Of a stretch of DNA of 53,939 nucleotides, positions 1-11,459 are shown piece after piece. The notes beneath the pieces were generated by a model. That model saw only the letters and a program-made list of their open reading frames with translations. It ran no database searches and had not been told where the DNA came from. The position numbers and the translations under genes were made by a program. The stretch covers positions 1 through 53,939 of IMG/VR virus record IMGVR_UViG_3300027741_000088, one strand, 5' to 3'. Position 1 is the stretch's first letter, and each line of letters opens with the position of its first letter. Origin of the DNA: a virus. Its lineage: Duplodnaviria > Caudoviricetes.

Positions 1-1
1 G

Positions 2-1087
2 ACTTTTATAGGTAAAGGTGAAGCGTTTAAAGCTCTTATAGCTTCAATTGTTGGTGGTGCAGGTCTTGCTGTTGCTCTTAGAGAACTTGCATGGGGTATT
101 GAGCCATGGAAAAACATACCTGAAAATGTAGCTAAAACAGCTGGCATGGCAGTTGCAGGATTAATTGCTTCATTAGGTGCTCTAACCGTTGTGGGCATGG
201 CAGGCCCTCTACCTGCATTATTTGGTGCAGCAGGCTTATTAGCTGCTGAAGGTACGCTCATTTTAGGGTTAAGAGGTATTGCTGAAATGTTTAAAGCTAC
301 TATGGACACTTGGGAAAAGTTGCCTGGCGTATTTAAAAATTATGAGTCTATAGATTTTATTAAAATAACTGAAGTAGCAGGAGCAATTACTCAACTTGCA
401 GGGGCTTTGGCTTTATCTTCTATTTCTGGTGGAGTTAATACAGTTATAAAGACATTTACTGATTTCTGGGGTAAAATTACAGGGCAAGACAATCCAGTTG
501 AAACCATACGTAAGTTTGAATCTCTAAATGCACAAAAATTAGAATCGGTATCAAGCTCTATTGAAAAGATTTTTAATTCTCTAGATAGATCAAAAAATAT
601 TGACTTAGATAAGTTAATTAAAACAGTAGATGCAGCTAAAAAATTAACTGAATTTAATGAAAAGGGCAATATAGTCGCAGTGCCACCATCTCAAAAACCT
701 GGAGTACAAGAAGTACAACCACCCGCACAAGAGAAACCAATAGCTAGAGAGCTACAATCTGTTGTCCCTGCTCAACCAATGGCAAATGACTTTATCTCAC
801 GCCCAGGTCAAACACCCTTAAGATTTAGTGCAGAAGATACAATTATAGGGGTTAAAAATCCAGATAAATTAAATAAAAATCTTCTAAATGAGCTAGTAAA
901 GAAAATAGAAGATATAAGAAAAGAAGATCGCGCAACATTAAGAAAATTAAGCGATTCAATTACCAAACTATCTACCACAACACAAGCAAATAACAATGTA
1001 AACATGGTAAACAACAGCAGAAATGTTACAAGCATTACTATTTCACCCACCACGTCCAAAAGCTACCGTGATAGCAGAACAGTCTAA
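2..1087 (+). CDS. Tape-measure/baseplate-hub-like protein, C-terminal part (5' truncated by window)
   Basis: Frame is open from nt 2. Ala/Gly-rich helical repeats; C-terminal NDFISRPG motif and Asn/Thr-rich tail; lies directly upstream of gp48- and gp53-like genes. Confidence 0.6.
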   Translation, partial: TFIGKGEAFKALIASIVGGAGLAVALRELAWGIEPWKNIPENVAKTAGMAVAGLIASLGALTVVGMAGPLPALFGAAGLLAAEGTLILGLRGIAEMFKATMDTWEKLPGVFKNYESIDFIKITEVAGAITQLAGALALSSISGGVNTVIKTFTDFWGKITGQDNPVETIRKFESLNAQKLESVSSSIEKIFNSLDRSKNIDLDKLIKTVDAAKKLTEFNEKGNIVAVPPSQKPGVQEVQPPAQEKPIARELQSVVPAQPMANDFISRPGQTPLRFSAEDTIIGVKNPDKLNKNLLNELVKKIEDIRKEDRATLRKLSDSITKLSTTTQANNNVNMVNNSRNVTSITISPTTSKSYRDSRTV

Positions 1088-1098
1088 TAAGTAATAAT

Positions 1099-2628
1099 AT
1101 GCCAAATAGATTATGGGCATTCAAGTACGATTACACCACTTCTAAAGAAAAGGGCACTAATGTTAGAAGACTAGACAGTGCTGTACCGCTTCTTGTCCCG
1201 CCAACTACTGATGGATACACCAAGAGACCAGATGTTATCGATGCTGTTGCTAATAATATTGTAACAGTAAATGTAGCACGAGATTTTCCCTGGACATACA
1301 CTAAAGCTGGTAATGTAGCTAGAGCTGAAACACCCCGTATATATTTAAAAGAAAAAAGATTAAAAACTAATGCGTTTATTTCATCTATTCTATATTCTTT
1401 CGGTAGTTCCATACAAGGTGCTAGCAAAGTTATTGACACACTCAAAGAAAACTTAGGAGCAGATAATAGCTTCATTACAACTCTCGAGAAACTCAAAGAA
1501 ACAGGCAATCAAGGGCTTATCACAGCTGCAAACTACTTGGGATATCGCACACCCTCTCAACAACCCGGTTCTACAGCAGAAAATATTCCAAATAAAGCAA
1601 AACAACAAAGCATTATAGATACTATTTTAAACTATTTTAATCAAAAAGCGGGTGACACTAACAGTATTCTTGACGACCCACTTTTAACAGCATATAAAAA
1701 TCTCTACCCCTCAGTCAACACAGGCTGGAGATATGTCTTTCCTTACTTTGATGATTATTATAATTCTTCTCAAAATGTTTTTGGTGAAGATTCAGGTACA
1801 CAGAATGTTTTAAATCTAATTACTGCTGGAGCTGAAACTTTGCAGAATATTGCAGGAGTTGCTGGAGCTCTATCAAGACCATTTGGATTCTCTTTTCAAG
1901 AAAAAGCTAAATTTTATAATTTTCCGTCTGAAGGTGAGGAATTCTCATTCACTTTTCCTCTTATTAATACAGGTAGTGTAACTTTTGATGAAGTTGTTAA
2001 AAACTGGCAGTTAATATATCTACTGCTCTATCAAAATAAACCTGCTAGAATAGATAGAAATATAATAGAACCTCCCGTTTTCTACGAAGTCAGTATACCA
2101 GGTCAAAAATTTCATCCGTTTTGCTACATTACAAATATTGCTGTTGACTTCAAAGGATCAAGAAGAGAGCTTAATTTCAATTTAGACTTTCAGAATATTG
2201 ATACAAATGAAGTTTTACCAGTTAAAGATACAAATGCATTTTCAACAACTAATGGCAATGTTAACACACAAACTGAATATGATACATCTACAAAAGACAT
2301 ACAATCTACATCTACATCTACCAACTTTACTGCCATTATACCAGATGCGTATGTAATAAAAATAACACTTAAATCGCTTGTGACAGAAACCAGAAACTTC
2401 ATGGCATACACAGTACTTGGAGGGCAGAATGCTAATACACTTGCATCTATTACTGATCTTGATCAACAATTAGTAGCTACAGTGAACAAATATCTAGGTA
2501 ATTCCTCAATAGTAGGTCAAAATACAAGCAATCAACCAGGAGCAAATACACCAGTCAATTATACTGTAGGTGGTTGGCCTGATACTAACAATACTGGAAA
2601 TATTATTAACCCATCAAACGTAGCCTGA
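1099..2628 (+). CDS. Baseplate tail-tube cap, T4 gp48-like
   Basis: FSFTFPL...PPVFYEV...FCYITNIAVDF pattern typical of gp48/tube-initiator proteins; synteny with gp53-like gene. Confidence 0.6.
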   Translation: MPNRLWAFKYDYTTSKEKGTNVRRLDSAVPLLVPPTTDGYTKRPDVIDAVANNIVTVNVARDFPWTYTKAGNVARAETPRIYLKEKRLKTNAFISSILYSFGSSIQGASKVIDTLKENLGADNSFITTLEKLKETGNQGLITAANYLGYRTPSQQPGSTAENIPNKAKQQSIIDTILNYFNQKAGDTNSILDDPLLTAYKNLYPSVNTGWRYVFPYFDDYYNSSQNVFGEDSGTQNVLNLITAGAETLQNIAGVAGALSRPFGFSFQEKAKFYNFPSEGEEFSFTFPLINTGSVTFDEVVKNWQLIYLLLYQNKPARIDRNIIEPPVFYEVSIPGQKFHPFCYITNIAVDFKGSRRELNFNLDFQNIDTNEVLPVKDTNAFSTTNGNVNTQTEYDTSTKDIQSTSTSTNFTAIIPDAYVIKITLKSLVTETRNFMAYTVLGGQNANTLASITDLDQQLVATVNKYLGNSSIVGQNTSNQPGANTPVNYTVGGWPDTNNTGNIINPSNVA

Positions 2629-2649
2629 AGATAGCAAATAAATACTAAT

Positions 2650-3030
2650 ATGGATACTGGACAAATTGACACAGGACAATATCAAAACAGTATTACAGAA
2701 TTACCAGTTCTTAATAATTTCAGGTACGAGAATATATTCAAACTTTATAAAAATAATACTAATCAATATTATTACAACATTACTAAAAAGATTATTCTGC
2801 CAAATAACCTTGACCCAACACAATTTGTAATATATCCAATTAAACAGAAAATGCCTTGGACAATGGTGAGTTTTAATATCTACTCTACTATAGAATTGTG
2901 GTGGTTGCTTTGCATTGTAAATAATATACAAAATCCAGTGTTACAGCCTAAAACTGGAACGTATATCAAAGCTATTCGGCCTGATTTAATTGCACCTCTA
3001 ATAAATGGTATTAAATCTCAATTGGTATGA
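2650..3030 (+). CDS. Baseplate wedge protein, T4 gp53-like (LysM-like)
   Basis: WTMVSFNIYSTIELWWLLCIVNNIQNP matches the gp53/LysM-like motif. Confidence 0.75.
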   Translation: MDTGQIDTGQYQNSITELPVLNNFRYENIFKLYKNNTNQYYYNITKKIILPNNLDPTQFVIYPIKQKMPWTMVSFNIYSTIELWWLLCIVNNIQNPVLQPKTGTYIKAIRPDLIAPLINGIKSQLV

Positions 3031-4610
3031 GTGAGTATTTGCCAGCCACAACAGAATCAAAATTTAGTGACTTTTCTTATTTAATAAATAATAATTTCTA
3101 TGATTTTAGAGTTTTTCTTGGATCATATGATGGCAGATTAAAGCTTCTTTCACCATCTTCCATAAAATCTCTTAATATAGAAGATAGTATTGATAATCCA
3201 TTTCATTCTGGGTTTATTATATTAGATAATAGACAAGACAACTTGGAAAGCAGTTATGATAGTACTATTGATCAATCAAATCCCAAATACTATATGCCTG
3301 GGCAATCTACTGTTAATAGCGTTCAAGAAACTTTTATGTTCAATGGTGATAGTCGAGATATCCTAACTGTTCAAATTCTGCCTAAACTATCACAACAGCC
3401 ATCAACTAATATTACAGATCAAGATGTACTAAAATATTTTTTACTCAAGTTTGATTTTACTATCTATAATACAGAAGAAATAGATGATGGTACAATGGAT
3501 GGTAAGCTCAAAAAACTTTATTTTTGGGAATTAGATTATGAAATTTTAAGAACAAAGAATTCTTACTTCTCAACAACAAACTATATAAATGGAAAAAGAG
3601 AAAATATACAGGATTTAACAGATGAAGAGAGACGCATACCCACAGGTGCTGCACTATCCGCAGCTCTTATGGAAAGTTTACCCAGAAATGAAGGGTTTAC
3701 CACCACAATCAATTCTTTTGATACTGGATCTACATCAATCTTTTTTTCTGCACCAGGTAATTTCAAATGTATTGATACTATAAATTATATTCTTGATAGG
3801 CATGTTAGTGATGCTGCAGGCAACTATAGCCCTGCGCTGCTGCAGCTTGAACGATATCCAAAAACATATTCATTAAAAAGTTTTCAAAAATTGTTTCAAA
3901 ATGCAGTAAAAGTTGATAACAATCAATTTATTGCTGGACCAGATTATTTAGAGACATACAAAATTGCAGGCTATTCAGATAATAAAGCAGATAGATTGCC
4001 TGTGTTTAATATAGAATTTGCACCAGCTTATGCACCTTTTTTTCAAGCAGAAGGCAATCTGGATGTGTATAGTTTTGATAGTGTAGCAGGAATTTATACA
4101 CAAACAGAAATTAATAGTAAGATTGTACACTCATACAATTATACCGGTAAGCAATTTGATATTGAATCAGATAGAAACAGCATGGAAGCATTTGATAAAA
4201 TAGCAAATAAAAATTATGTGTTTCCATTCTCACCTCAAGGAACTAAAACTTTTCAACTAGGCAATTATCGTATGAAAAATATGAACACTAGTAATAGATT
4301 TGCAGCTACTGAATTAGATAAAAATCAGCGCCTATCACTTGGGTTAGCAAAAAATTTAAAAGACTATGTTTATTTAAATAATTTTACTACTTTTAGAGTG
4401 CAAGGAGCCACTCACCGTCAAGCAGGTAAATTTATAGGCATAACAAGAGAGAATAATAAGCAACCCACATTATTTGATAATAAATTTTTAGGCATATACT
4501 TTATATTATCAGTTAAGCATATATTTGAAGATGCTAAGTATGTAAATGAACTATTATGTGTTAAAACATACCTGCCTACTGATATCTTTTTAAATAAAAA
4601 TATATTATGA
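3027..4610 (+). CDS. Baseplate hub protein (gp27/late control D-like)
   Basis: N-terminal SLNIEDSIDNPFHSGFIILD and C-terminal GIYFILSVKHIF...NELLCVK motifs; ATGA overlap with upstream gene. Confidence 0.65.
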   Translation: MSEYLPATTESKFSDFSYLINNNFYDFRVFLGSYDGRLKLLSPSSIKSLNIEDSIDNPFHSGFIILDNRQDNLESSYDSTIDQSNPKYYMPGQSTVNSVQETFMFNGDSRDILTVQILPKLSQQPSTNITDQDVLKYFLLKFDFTIYNTEEIDDGTMDGKLKKLYFWELDYEILRTKNSYFSTTNYINGKRENIQDLTDEERRIPTGAALSAALMESLPRNEGFTTTINSFDTGSTSIFFSAPGNFKCIDTINYILDRHVSDAAGNYSPALLQLERYPKTYSLKSFQKLFQNAVKVDNNQFIAGPDYLETYKIAGYSDNKADRLPVFNIEFAPAYAPFFQAEGNLDVYSFDSVAGIYTQTEINSKIVHSYNYTGKQFDIESDRNSMEAFDKIANKNYVFPFSPQGTKTFQLGNYRMKNMNTSNRFAATELDKNQRLSLGLAKNLKDYVYLNNFTTFRVQGATHRQAGKFIGITRENNKQPTLFDNKFLGIYFILSVKHIFEDAKYVNELLCVKTYLPTDIFLNKNIL

Positions 4611-5863
4611 AAACCTTTACTCAAGAAGAAAAAGACGAATTTGTGCGTCTTGTAAATGAGAAAAAAGCTCAAACTGAACAAAAATATGGTCTTGCTCCAG
4701 GCTCAACTGCTACTCAACCGTCTAAAGTGGATATATCAGACCAGGAGGCAATTGCTGCTATAAAAGCACAACGAGAGCAAGGTTCAACCGGTAACTTATA
4801 TGCAACTTCAATATCCACAGTACAGAATACAGTAGCAAATAACAATACAACTGCTGAATTTACTGCTCAAAATACATCAACTAATGCTTATATTCCTGGA
4901 TATGCAACTAAAAAAACCACAACTCTAGCTTCTACGTACATTGCTAAAACTGCTTTGCCAAAACTTGTGGATGTAAATTATACACAAACAGTTGAACAAT
5001 TAAAATCTGAATCTAGTTTTTTCAATTCTCCAGTAGCAGGATTAGAGAAAGAAACTACTATTAGTTTAAATTATTATTCTGCATTACAAAGTTCTGATAT
5101 TGTTACAAGCTTAACAAGTTTTTATAAAGATTTAAATGAAACATTATCAACACTTAAAAACGATTTTATTGATTTTTGGGTAAAACGTTTTCAACTTACA
5201 CCTGAGCCACTAAAAGCATTAATTTCACAAAATCTTAATACTGGAAATAATTCTTTTTATACTGAGCTCAGTGACTCCATTGGTTTGCTTGTGAATAGTG
5301 GCGCATTAATTGATGATGCTACTACACCCTTCACAGACTATACAACAGGGCTTTATACATCTCCAAATACTATACCTGTGCAAATAAGAAACAAAATATC
5401 AAGCACTTCTTTAGCTGTTGCATATAATCTTAGCAATAATACAACTGTCTTAATGCGCAACAACTTAAAAAAAATAAATATACCTACAAAATATACAAAC
5501 CCCTACACTAATCCTACAACAAACCCTGCACACGGAATGAACTTAATTACAGATATTAATACATATAACATCATTAAAACTAACCTTAATAACTATTACA
5601 CAAAGTTAGGAAATAATTTTAAAACCATATTTTCTTATATACAATACAATTGTAATATTAATAATGCTAATGGTTATAATCCAAGAGCTACAGGTGCTAC
5701 ATTTGGTTCTAATCAGCAACTTATTACAAGAGATTATACGTTTGGTTTAACTGTAGGTAAGTTCACTCAAAATGTTGACTTTTTACTCAGAAAAGTTAAA
5801 AACCTACTATCATATAAAACCAATCAAAATACTATTGGTAACATAACAACAACTAACACTTAA
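4607..5863 (+). CDS. Hypothetical protein, probably virion-associated
   Basis: 418 aa Thr/Asn-rich ORF coupled to the hub gene by an ATGA overlap. Confidence 0.6.
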   Translation: MKTFTQEEKDEFVRLVNEKKAQTEQKYGLAPGSTATQPSKVDISDQEAIAAIKAQREQGSTGNLYATSISTVQNTVANNNTTAEFTAQNTSTNAYIPGYATKKTTTLASTYIAKTALPKLVDVNYTQTVEQLKSESSFFNSPVAGLEKETTISLNYYSALQSSDIVTSLTSFYKDLNETLSTLKNDFIDFWVKRFQLTPEPLKALISQNLNTGNNSFYTELSDSIGLLVNSGALIDDATTPFTDYTTGLYTSPNTIPVQIRNKISSTSLAVAYNLSNNTTVLMRNNLKKINIPTKYTNPYTNPTTNPAHGMNLITDINTYNIIKTNLNNYYTKLGNNFKTIFSYIQYNCNINNANGYNPRATGATFGSNQQLITRDYTFGLTVGKFTQNVDFLLRKVKNLLSYKTNQNTIGNITTTNT

Positions 5864-5871
5864 ATATTTTT

Positions 5872-6579
5872 ATGACCATACCAGCTGATGAAGATTCAGT
5901 ATATAGAGCAGCACAAAATGATTTGTATAGAAATATATCTGCACGAACACTGGATGCAGATACTTTATTACCCATATTTTCCGATGACTTCTTAACACCT
6001 AACGGGCTACCAAGTAATACAACATATTTTAATAAATTAGCTGAATTTACTTTTAATATTGACAGCTTAAAATCACTTTATAATTCTAACGGAATACCTA
6101 TTCCTCTTGATCTGAACAATCTCAACCCTCAACAATTTTTAAATGGAACATTACCAGGTGTTAATGGTCTCGACTTTCAACAATTTTTAAATGGATCAAC
6201 TCCTGGAGCTAACCAGTTTTTAGCCCCTCTTGGCGATTTAAATATTCTTAATGATCTCAATGGATTAAATTCATTTAACACCCTCAATCCATTTTTTAAC
6301 TATTTAGATACAGTTAAGCAAAGCCTTTTAAACTGCGATCTTCCACCGCTGCCTGGTGCAAATTTATTACCCTCACTTCAATCTTTTGATAATTTGATTA
6401 ATATAGATATATTTGATTCTATTCTGAAGAAAATTAGCTCCCTACCCAAATTAGGTGTACCTACAAGCACTAATATTGTTAATGCAATTATTACTATTGT
6501 TGAATCAACTCTTTCCCAAGTTATTGGGCCACTTGCTGGCTATTTAAAGATAATAAGCGCTTGTATAAAGAAGTTTTAA
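5872..6579 (+). CDS. Hypothetical late protein
   Basis: 235 aa ORF; TAAATA 5 nt before ATG; internal QQFLNGxxPG duplication. Confidence 0.6.
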   Translation: MTIPADEDSVYRAAQNDLYRNISARTLDADTLLPIFSDDFLTPNGLPSNTTYFNKLAEFTFNIDSLKSLYNSNGIPIPLDLNNLNPQQFLNGTLPGVNGLDFQQFLNGSTPGANQFLAPLGDLNILNDLNGLNSFNTLNPFFNYLDTVKQSLLNCDLPPLPGANLLPSLQSFDNLINIDIFDSILKKISSLPKLGVPTSTNIVNAIITIVESTLSQVIGPLAGYLKIISACIKKF

Positions 6580-7028
6580 GGTATAATTTCTGCATCTATA
6601 ACTTTTGTATTATCAATTAATGCTTTAAATATCTGTTCTCTTGTGGCCAGAAGCTTAACACCTTCTTCATCCTGCTTAAGTTCTTTTCTCGCATCAATAT
6701 CCATTTGCTTTGTCTTAACAACTGTTTCAGCTTTTTTATCATTTACTACTATTTTATTTAAAGTATCAATAGCTGAACTAGCAGCTGCAACAAGACCTGC
6801 AAAAGCATCCACATCTTTTGCTTCAGGTGAAGAAAGAATATAATCTTTTACATTCTTAATCATCTCCAAACTGTCTTCCACTAATCTGCCACCTTTTTCA
6901 ACTACAAACTTTTCTAATTCTTCTTTTTTAAGAGGGTTAGATTCTTTTTCTGCTTCTTTTGCTTTAGTTTGCGCATCACTTAACTGACTCAACAAGTCGC
7001 CTACCATTTCATTTAGCTCTTCGCTCAT
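6576..7028 (-). CDS. Putative terminase small subunit, T4 gp16-like
   Basis: 150 aa helical protein; SPEAKDVDAFAGLV...TLNKI...LLATREQIFKAL resembles gp16 architecture; late-promoter motif upstream. Confidence 0.45.
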   Translation of the reverse strand: MSEELNEMVGDLLSQLSDAQTKAKEAEKESNPLKKEELEKFVVEKGGRLVEDSLEMIKNVKDYILSSPEAKDVDAFAGLVAAASSAIDTLNKIVVNDKKAETVVKTKQMDIDARKELKQDEEGVKLLATREQIFKALIDNTKVIDAEIIP

Positions 7029-7082
7029 ACTATTATTTACTGTTATACTTGAATTATTAAAGACTGTACGTATAATAGAATT

Positions 7083-7535
7083 ATGAGCTTAGACCCTAAT
7101 TTAACATATATGCCTGTTCTTAAGTTTGAAAAAACACATGAACTAGCTAAACTACCCACAAAAAATCATGAGTCTGACACAGGTTATGATGTGTATTCTA
7201 TTGAAGATAAAGTGATACCAGCTCGTGGCAGTGCAGTTGTGAGTGTTGGTCTTAAATTTGCTGATATACCTGAAGGTTATTGGGTCAAGGTAGAGAGTCG
7301 AAGTGGTTTGGGATTTAAATATGGTATTACTGCTCATCCAGGCATTATTGATAATGGATACAGAGGTGATGCAGGTATTAAACTCTACAACCTAACTGAT
7401 ACAGATTATCAGATCAAAGCTGGAGATAGAATTGCTCAATTTGTTGTATACATGAATTTTGGTATGCAAGTGGAGTGGGGCACAGTGCAAGAGTCTGCTC
7501 GTGGTGAGAAAGGATTTGGATCATCCGGCAAATGA
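7083..7535 (+). CDS. dut: Trimeric dUTPase
   Basis: Motifs GYDV, RSGLG, GIIDNGYRG, GDRIAQ, RGEKGFGSSG. Confidence 0.97.
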   Translation: MSLDPNLTYMPVLKFEKTHELAKLPTKNHESDTGYDVYSIEDKVIPARGSAVVSVGLKFADIPEGYWVKVESRSGLGFKYGITAHPGIIDNGYRGDAGIKLYNLTDTDYQIKAGDRIAQFVVYMNFGMQVEWGTVQESARGEKGFGSSGK

Positions 7536-8488
7536 CTATTAATGATTTTAATAGCCTGTGGTGCGAAAAATACAGACCACGTACCCTAGAAGATTTTGTT
7601 GTCTCTCCAGCAAACCTTGAGATTATTCAATCGTTTACTACTAATAAACAAATACCTAATTTATTATTTTTAGGCACACCTGGTATTGGCAAGACTACTT
7701 TAGCTAAAATTATTGTGAACGATATCCTAGGCTGTCAATATCTCTATATTAATGCTAGTGATGAAAATGGTATCGATACAATTCGTACAAAGGTAACTGG
7801 GTTTGCACAAACTCGAAGCATTGATGGCAATTTAAAAGCAATTATTCTGGATGAGTGTGATGGTCTTACAATGGATGGGCAGCGTGCATTGCGTAATACT
7901 ATGGAAGAGCTTGCAGGGTTCACAAGATTTATATTAACAGCCAATTACAAATATAAAATTATACCAGCATTGCAAAGCAGATGTCAGAGCATGGATTTGA
8001 CACCACCTATTGACTTAGTTGTAAAAAGATGTGCACATATCTTAAAGAATGAAAAGATTGAAATTATCAATAGTCAAAAAACAAAGCTGCTTGAACTAGT
8101 TAAAAAGTTTTATCCAGATATACGTCTTTGCATTAATGAGTTGCAAAAATTCTCTGTATCTAAAAAACTAAACATAAATGAATTCAATCCCAATGATTTC
8201 TTAACCTTGATTTTTAAAGAAATAAAAAGTAAAAATATCAACTCACTGAGAAAAGCATTAATTGAAAACGAAAGTACTTTTAATGCAGATTATGTTTCAT
8301 TATTAAGAAATTTATTTAATTATATAGATGAATACGAAACAGATATAGAATATAAGAAAAAAGCACTACTCATAGCTGCAGAGCATCTATATAGATCTGC
8401 ATTTGTAATAGATCAAGAGATCAACTTCTTTGCTTGTACGATTCTTTTGGCTGATACTCAGCTCTTGGGTAAATACTGCGCAGTATAG
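7532..8488 (+). CDS. Clamp loader AAA+ subunit (T4 gp44 / RFC-small-like)
   Basis: WCEKYRP, GTPGIGKTT, INASDE, ILDECD, ALQSRC motifs. Confidence 0.93.
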   Translation: MTINDFNSLWCEKYRPRTLEDFVVSPANLEIIQSFTTNKQIPNLLFLGTPGIGKTTLAKIIVNDILGCQYLYINASDENGIDTIRTKVTGFAQTRSIDGNLKAIILDECDGLTMDGQRALRNTMEELAGFTRFILTANYKYKIIPALQSRCQSMDLTPPIDLVVKRCAHILKNEKIEIINSQKTKLLELVKKFYPDIRLCINELQKFSVSKKLNINEFNPNDFLTLIFKEIKSKNINSLRKALIENESTFNADYVSLLRNLFNYIDEYETDIEYKKKALLIAAEHLYRSAFVIDQEINFFACTILLADTQLLGKYCAV

Positions 8489-9060
8489 GTAGCTGGATCT
8501 CTATTTCCTTCTGCTGGCTTAGAAGGTATTTTTACATTTACATTTTTTAACTCTCTATCACCTTTTTCAAGCTTACCACCAACATCAGACATGTGTGTTT
8601 CAGATCTAGGTGTTAAAAGGGTTTTATCGTCGTTTATTTTAACCTCTTCAGGTTTAATTTGCACTTTATTATCGTACTTTAATTTATCTGGTATAGGAGG
8701 AAGATTAATGCCATCATTTTGATGCACAAGCAAATTAGCAGGTACTGTAACAGCTTTATTAACATCATATGTACCAGGAGCTATTTCAGGGACTATTTCA
8801 ATAGAAAAGCTATAACCATAATCATCAGGGTTTCCAGCACCCATAACAGCTGGCATTGCAGATTTAACATTTCTTACTCTGAGATTTAATCCAGAATTAA
8901 TTAGATCATTAACAGCTGTTTTAACTGATTCTGGCTGATTTTTGAAGAATTCAGTCTTTAATGCATTATCAATAAATCTTACTCTATCACTAGTGAGAAA
9001 CCCACCGCGTGTATATCTAGGCAAAGTTGCTTCATATAACTTATTAAAACGTCTATTCAT
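8458..9060 (-). CDS. Hypothetical late protein
   Basis: 200 aa ORF; TAAATA 6 nt upstream; N-terminal FNKLYE resembles T4-like head-protein leaders. Confidence 0.65.
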   Translation of the reverse strand: MNRRFNKLYEATLPRYTRGGFLTSDRVRFIDNALKTEFFKNQPESVKTAVNDLINSGLNLRVRNVKSAMPAVMGAGNPDDYGYSFSIEIVPEIAPGTYDVNKAVTVPANLLVHQNDGINLPPIPDKLKYDNKVQIKPEEVKINDDKTLLTPRSETHMSDVGGKLEKGDRELKNVNVKIPSKPAEGNRDPATYTAQYLPKS

Positions 9061-9109
9061 TTAAAGTATTTATTTCAACAAGCTTATTATTCCTTCTTTA
9101 TTTTTTTCA

Positions 9110-9115
9110 TAAATA
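9110..9115 (+). promoter_or_regulatory. T4-like late promoter core TAAATA (representative of about 20 copies)
   Basis: TAA(A/G)TA sits 5-7 nt before the ATG of many structural and late genes on both strands. Confidence 0.7.
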
Positions 9116-9120
9116 ATAGT

Positions 9121-9600
9121 ATGGGTAATTTGCAGATTAATACATTAACACCTAAACCTGTAAATACTTCAGGTTTTACTTATTCTGACTTAAAGTTAGA
9201 TTTAACCTTCGATTACACAGTAAATAACGAGTTGCTTAAAAATAAAGAAATAAAAGACTCAGTCAATAGTTTAGATTATGATGCATTGAAAAATAGTATT
9301 GTTAGCTTGTTTACTACAATACCTGGTCAAAAGCTGTTAAACCCATTCTTCGGTCTTAACTTAGCAAAGTATTTATTTGAACCAGTAAACGAAGATGTTG
9401 CAACAACTATAGCTAATGATATTACACAAGGCATAGCCACTTTTGAGCCAAGGCTGCGCATACGCCATTTAAATGTAGGGTTTAGTGCTGAAAAACAACA
9501 ATACGTTATAACGCTTAACCTCAATATACCGCAAATAAATAATAAATCATTTCAACTAGTAGGAACCTTGAGTAACTCAGGGTTCTTTTTAAATAATTAA
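9121..9600 (+). CDS. Baseplate wedge subunit, T4 gp25-like
   Basis: YSDLKLD...ALKNSIVSLFTTIPGQKLLNPFFG...YLFEP...FEPRL. Confidence 0.9.
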   Translation: MGNLQINTLTPKPVNTSGFTYSDLKLDLTFDYTVNNELLKNKEIKDSVNSLDYDALKNSIVSLFTTIPGQKLLNPFFGLNLAKYLFEPVNEDVATTIANDITQGIATFEPRLRIRHLNVGFSAEKQQYVITLNLNIPQINNKSFQLVGTLSNSGFFLNN

Positions 9601-9602
9601 AT

Positions 9603-11459
9603 ATGGCGAACCTGAATAATAATTATGATTTGAATATTGATAGTTATGCTGCATTTGATGCATTATCACTCAAAAGCTTAATTATTAACCGTTTAAATAG
9701 CAATACAGTTTTTACTGATCAAAATTTTGAAGGCAGTAATATTTCTGCAGTTATTGATATTATAGCTTATGCATATAATGTTTTGCTTTTTTATCTCAAT
9801 CAAACTGCTACTGAAAGCACATTTAGCACTGCTAGTATTTACGAAAATATTAACAAAATAGTAAAATTGCTTGGCTATAATCCTATTGGATATCAAACTG
9901 CCATTTTACCTTTCAAAGCATATGCTAATTATCAACTTCCAGCTGGTACATACACAGTACCACGCTACACCTACTTTACCATTAATGGTGTTGTGTATAG
10001 TTTTAACAGCGATTCAACTTTTACAAAATCAACCTCCGGTACAGAATATCTTTCTGTATTTAGCGATCAAAATCTATTATACCAAGGCACATACACTGAA
10101 TATCCTACATATGTTGCAACAGGTCAACCTCTTGAGACAATTACCATGGTAATTGTTGACAACAACAATAATAATATTATTATTGATCATTTCAATATTG
10201 ATGTCTATGTAAAAGATAATACTGCAACTACACCCAAGTGGGTCAAATGGGAAACAACACAATCTTTATTTTTAGAGAGATCAAATGCATTAAAATATGA
10301 AATACGTCTAAATGAAAATGGCAGATATGAAATTAAATTTGGAAATAATGTTAATGGCAAGCAACTCAATACAAACGATGAAGTTGCCATATATTATATT
10401 AATTCTAATGGCACCCCTGGACAAGTTGGCCCCAATACATTAAACGGCAATACACCTTTCATATATAACCCAGTAAGGTTTACGCAAATCAAAACAGACA
10501 CAACACCCTCTAATCTCAGATTATTGGATCAACGCGAATTGAATCTATTAAGCTTTGAAAACCCTGATCCTTCTACAAAATTTGTTACTGCTGAATCAGT
10601 AGATAATATAAAAGCAAATTCTACTAATACTTTTAAAAGTCAATATAGATTAATTACAACAGAAGATTTTCAAAATTATATTCTTAAAAATTATAGTAAT
10701 ATCTTAGCATCTGTAAAGGTTGTTAATAACTGGGATTATTTGAGTCAGCATATCAAATACTATTATGATCTAGGGGTAAATAAACCCAGTCTTGAATCAC
10801 GTGTACTGTTGAATCAAGTCAAATTTGCAGATTCTTGCAATTTTAATAACATTTATGTTTATTCTGTACCAAAACTTGAAAAAATTACTTCGCTCTCCAC
10901 AAGAGCAAATTATGTAAACACAGCTCAAAAAAATCTAATCATCAATAATGTTAACAGAACTAAGCTTGCTACTGCTGAAATTGTATTTAATGATCCAGTT
11001 TATGTGCAATTCGATTTAGGATTGAGAGTAGCTAATGAAGTATTAACACCTGAAATTTCAAATAGCTGTTACTTGCAGATAACCAGAGATCTTACAGCTA
11101 AAAGAAACCCCGAATCAATAAGACAATTAGTCGCTAATTTAATTATTAATTATTTTGCTACAACAAAAGATAATTTAGGCAAACTTATTTCTCTAACCGA
11201 TTTATCTAGCGAAATAAATGCTATTGAAGGAATAATAGATGTAAAAACTATTCGTGTTAATGGTACTACAACCTATAGTACACCAGGTATTAATTTTCTC
11301 GCTTTTAATCCTGTGTACCCTTATGATGATATTAATATTATCTCACAAGACACACAGCTACCATTTTTTAAATTTCCATATTTAAATAATCCAGTTAATT
11401 TTATTGATAAAATAACTGTTATAACCCCTTCATTGCAACTTCTTGAGAGAGAGTTTTAA
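9603..11459 (+). CDS. Baseplate wedge subunit, T4 gp6-like
   Basis: [46 protein letters not shown]...[10 protein letters not shown] motifs. Confidence 0.88.
   Translation: MANLNNNYDLNIDSYAAFDALSLKSLIINRLNSNTVFTDQNFEGSNISAVIDIIAYAYNVLLFYLNQTATESTFSTASIYENINKIVKLLGYNPIGYQTAILPFKAYANYQLPAGTYTVPRYTYFTINGVVYSFNSDSTFTKSTSGTEYLSVFSDQNLLYQGTYTEYPTYVATGQPLETITMVIVDNNNNNIIIDHFNIDVYVKDNTATTPKWVKWETTQSLFLERSNALKYEIRLNENGRYEIKFGNNVNGKQLNTNDEVAIYYINSNGTPGQVGPNTLNGNTPFIYNPVRFTQIKTDTTPSNLRLLDQRELNLLSFENPDPSTKFVTAESVDNIKANSTNTFKSQYRLITTEDFQNYILKNYSNILASVKVVNNWDYLSQHIKYYYDLGVNKPSLESRVLLNQVKFADSCNFNNIYVYSVPKLEKITSLSTRANYVNTAQKNLIINNVNRTKLATAEIVFNDPVYVQFDLGLRVANEVLTPEISNSCYLQITRDLTAKRNPESIRQLVANLIINYFATTKDNLGKLISLTDLSSEINAIEGIIDVKTIRVNGTTTYSTPGINFLAFNPVYPYDDINIISQDTQLPFFKFPYLNNPVNFIDKITVITPSLQLLEREF

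Noticed and set aside
7083-8488. Introns or inteins in dut and the clamp loader
   Set aside because: Both are normal length with contiguous motifs.
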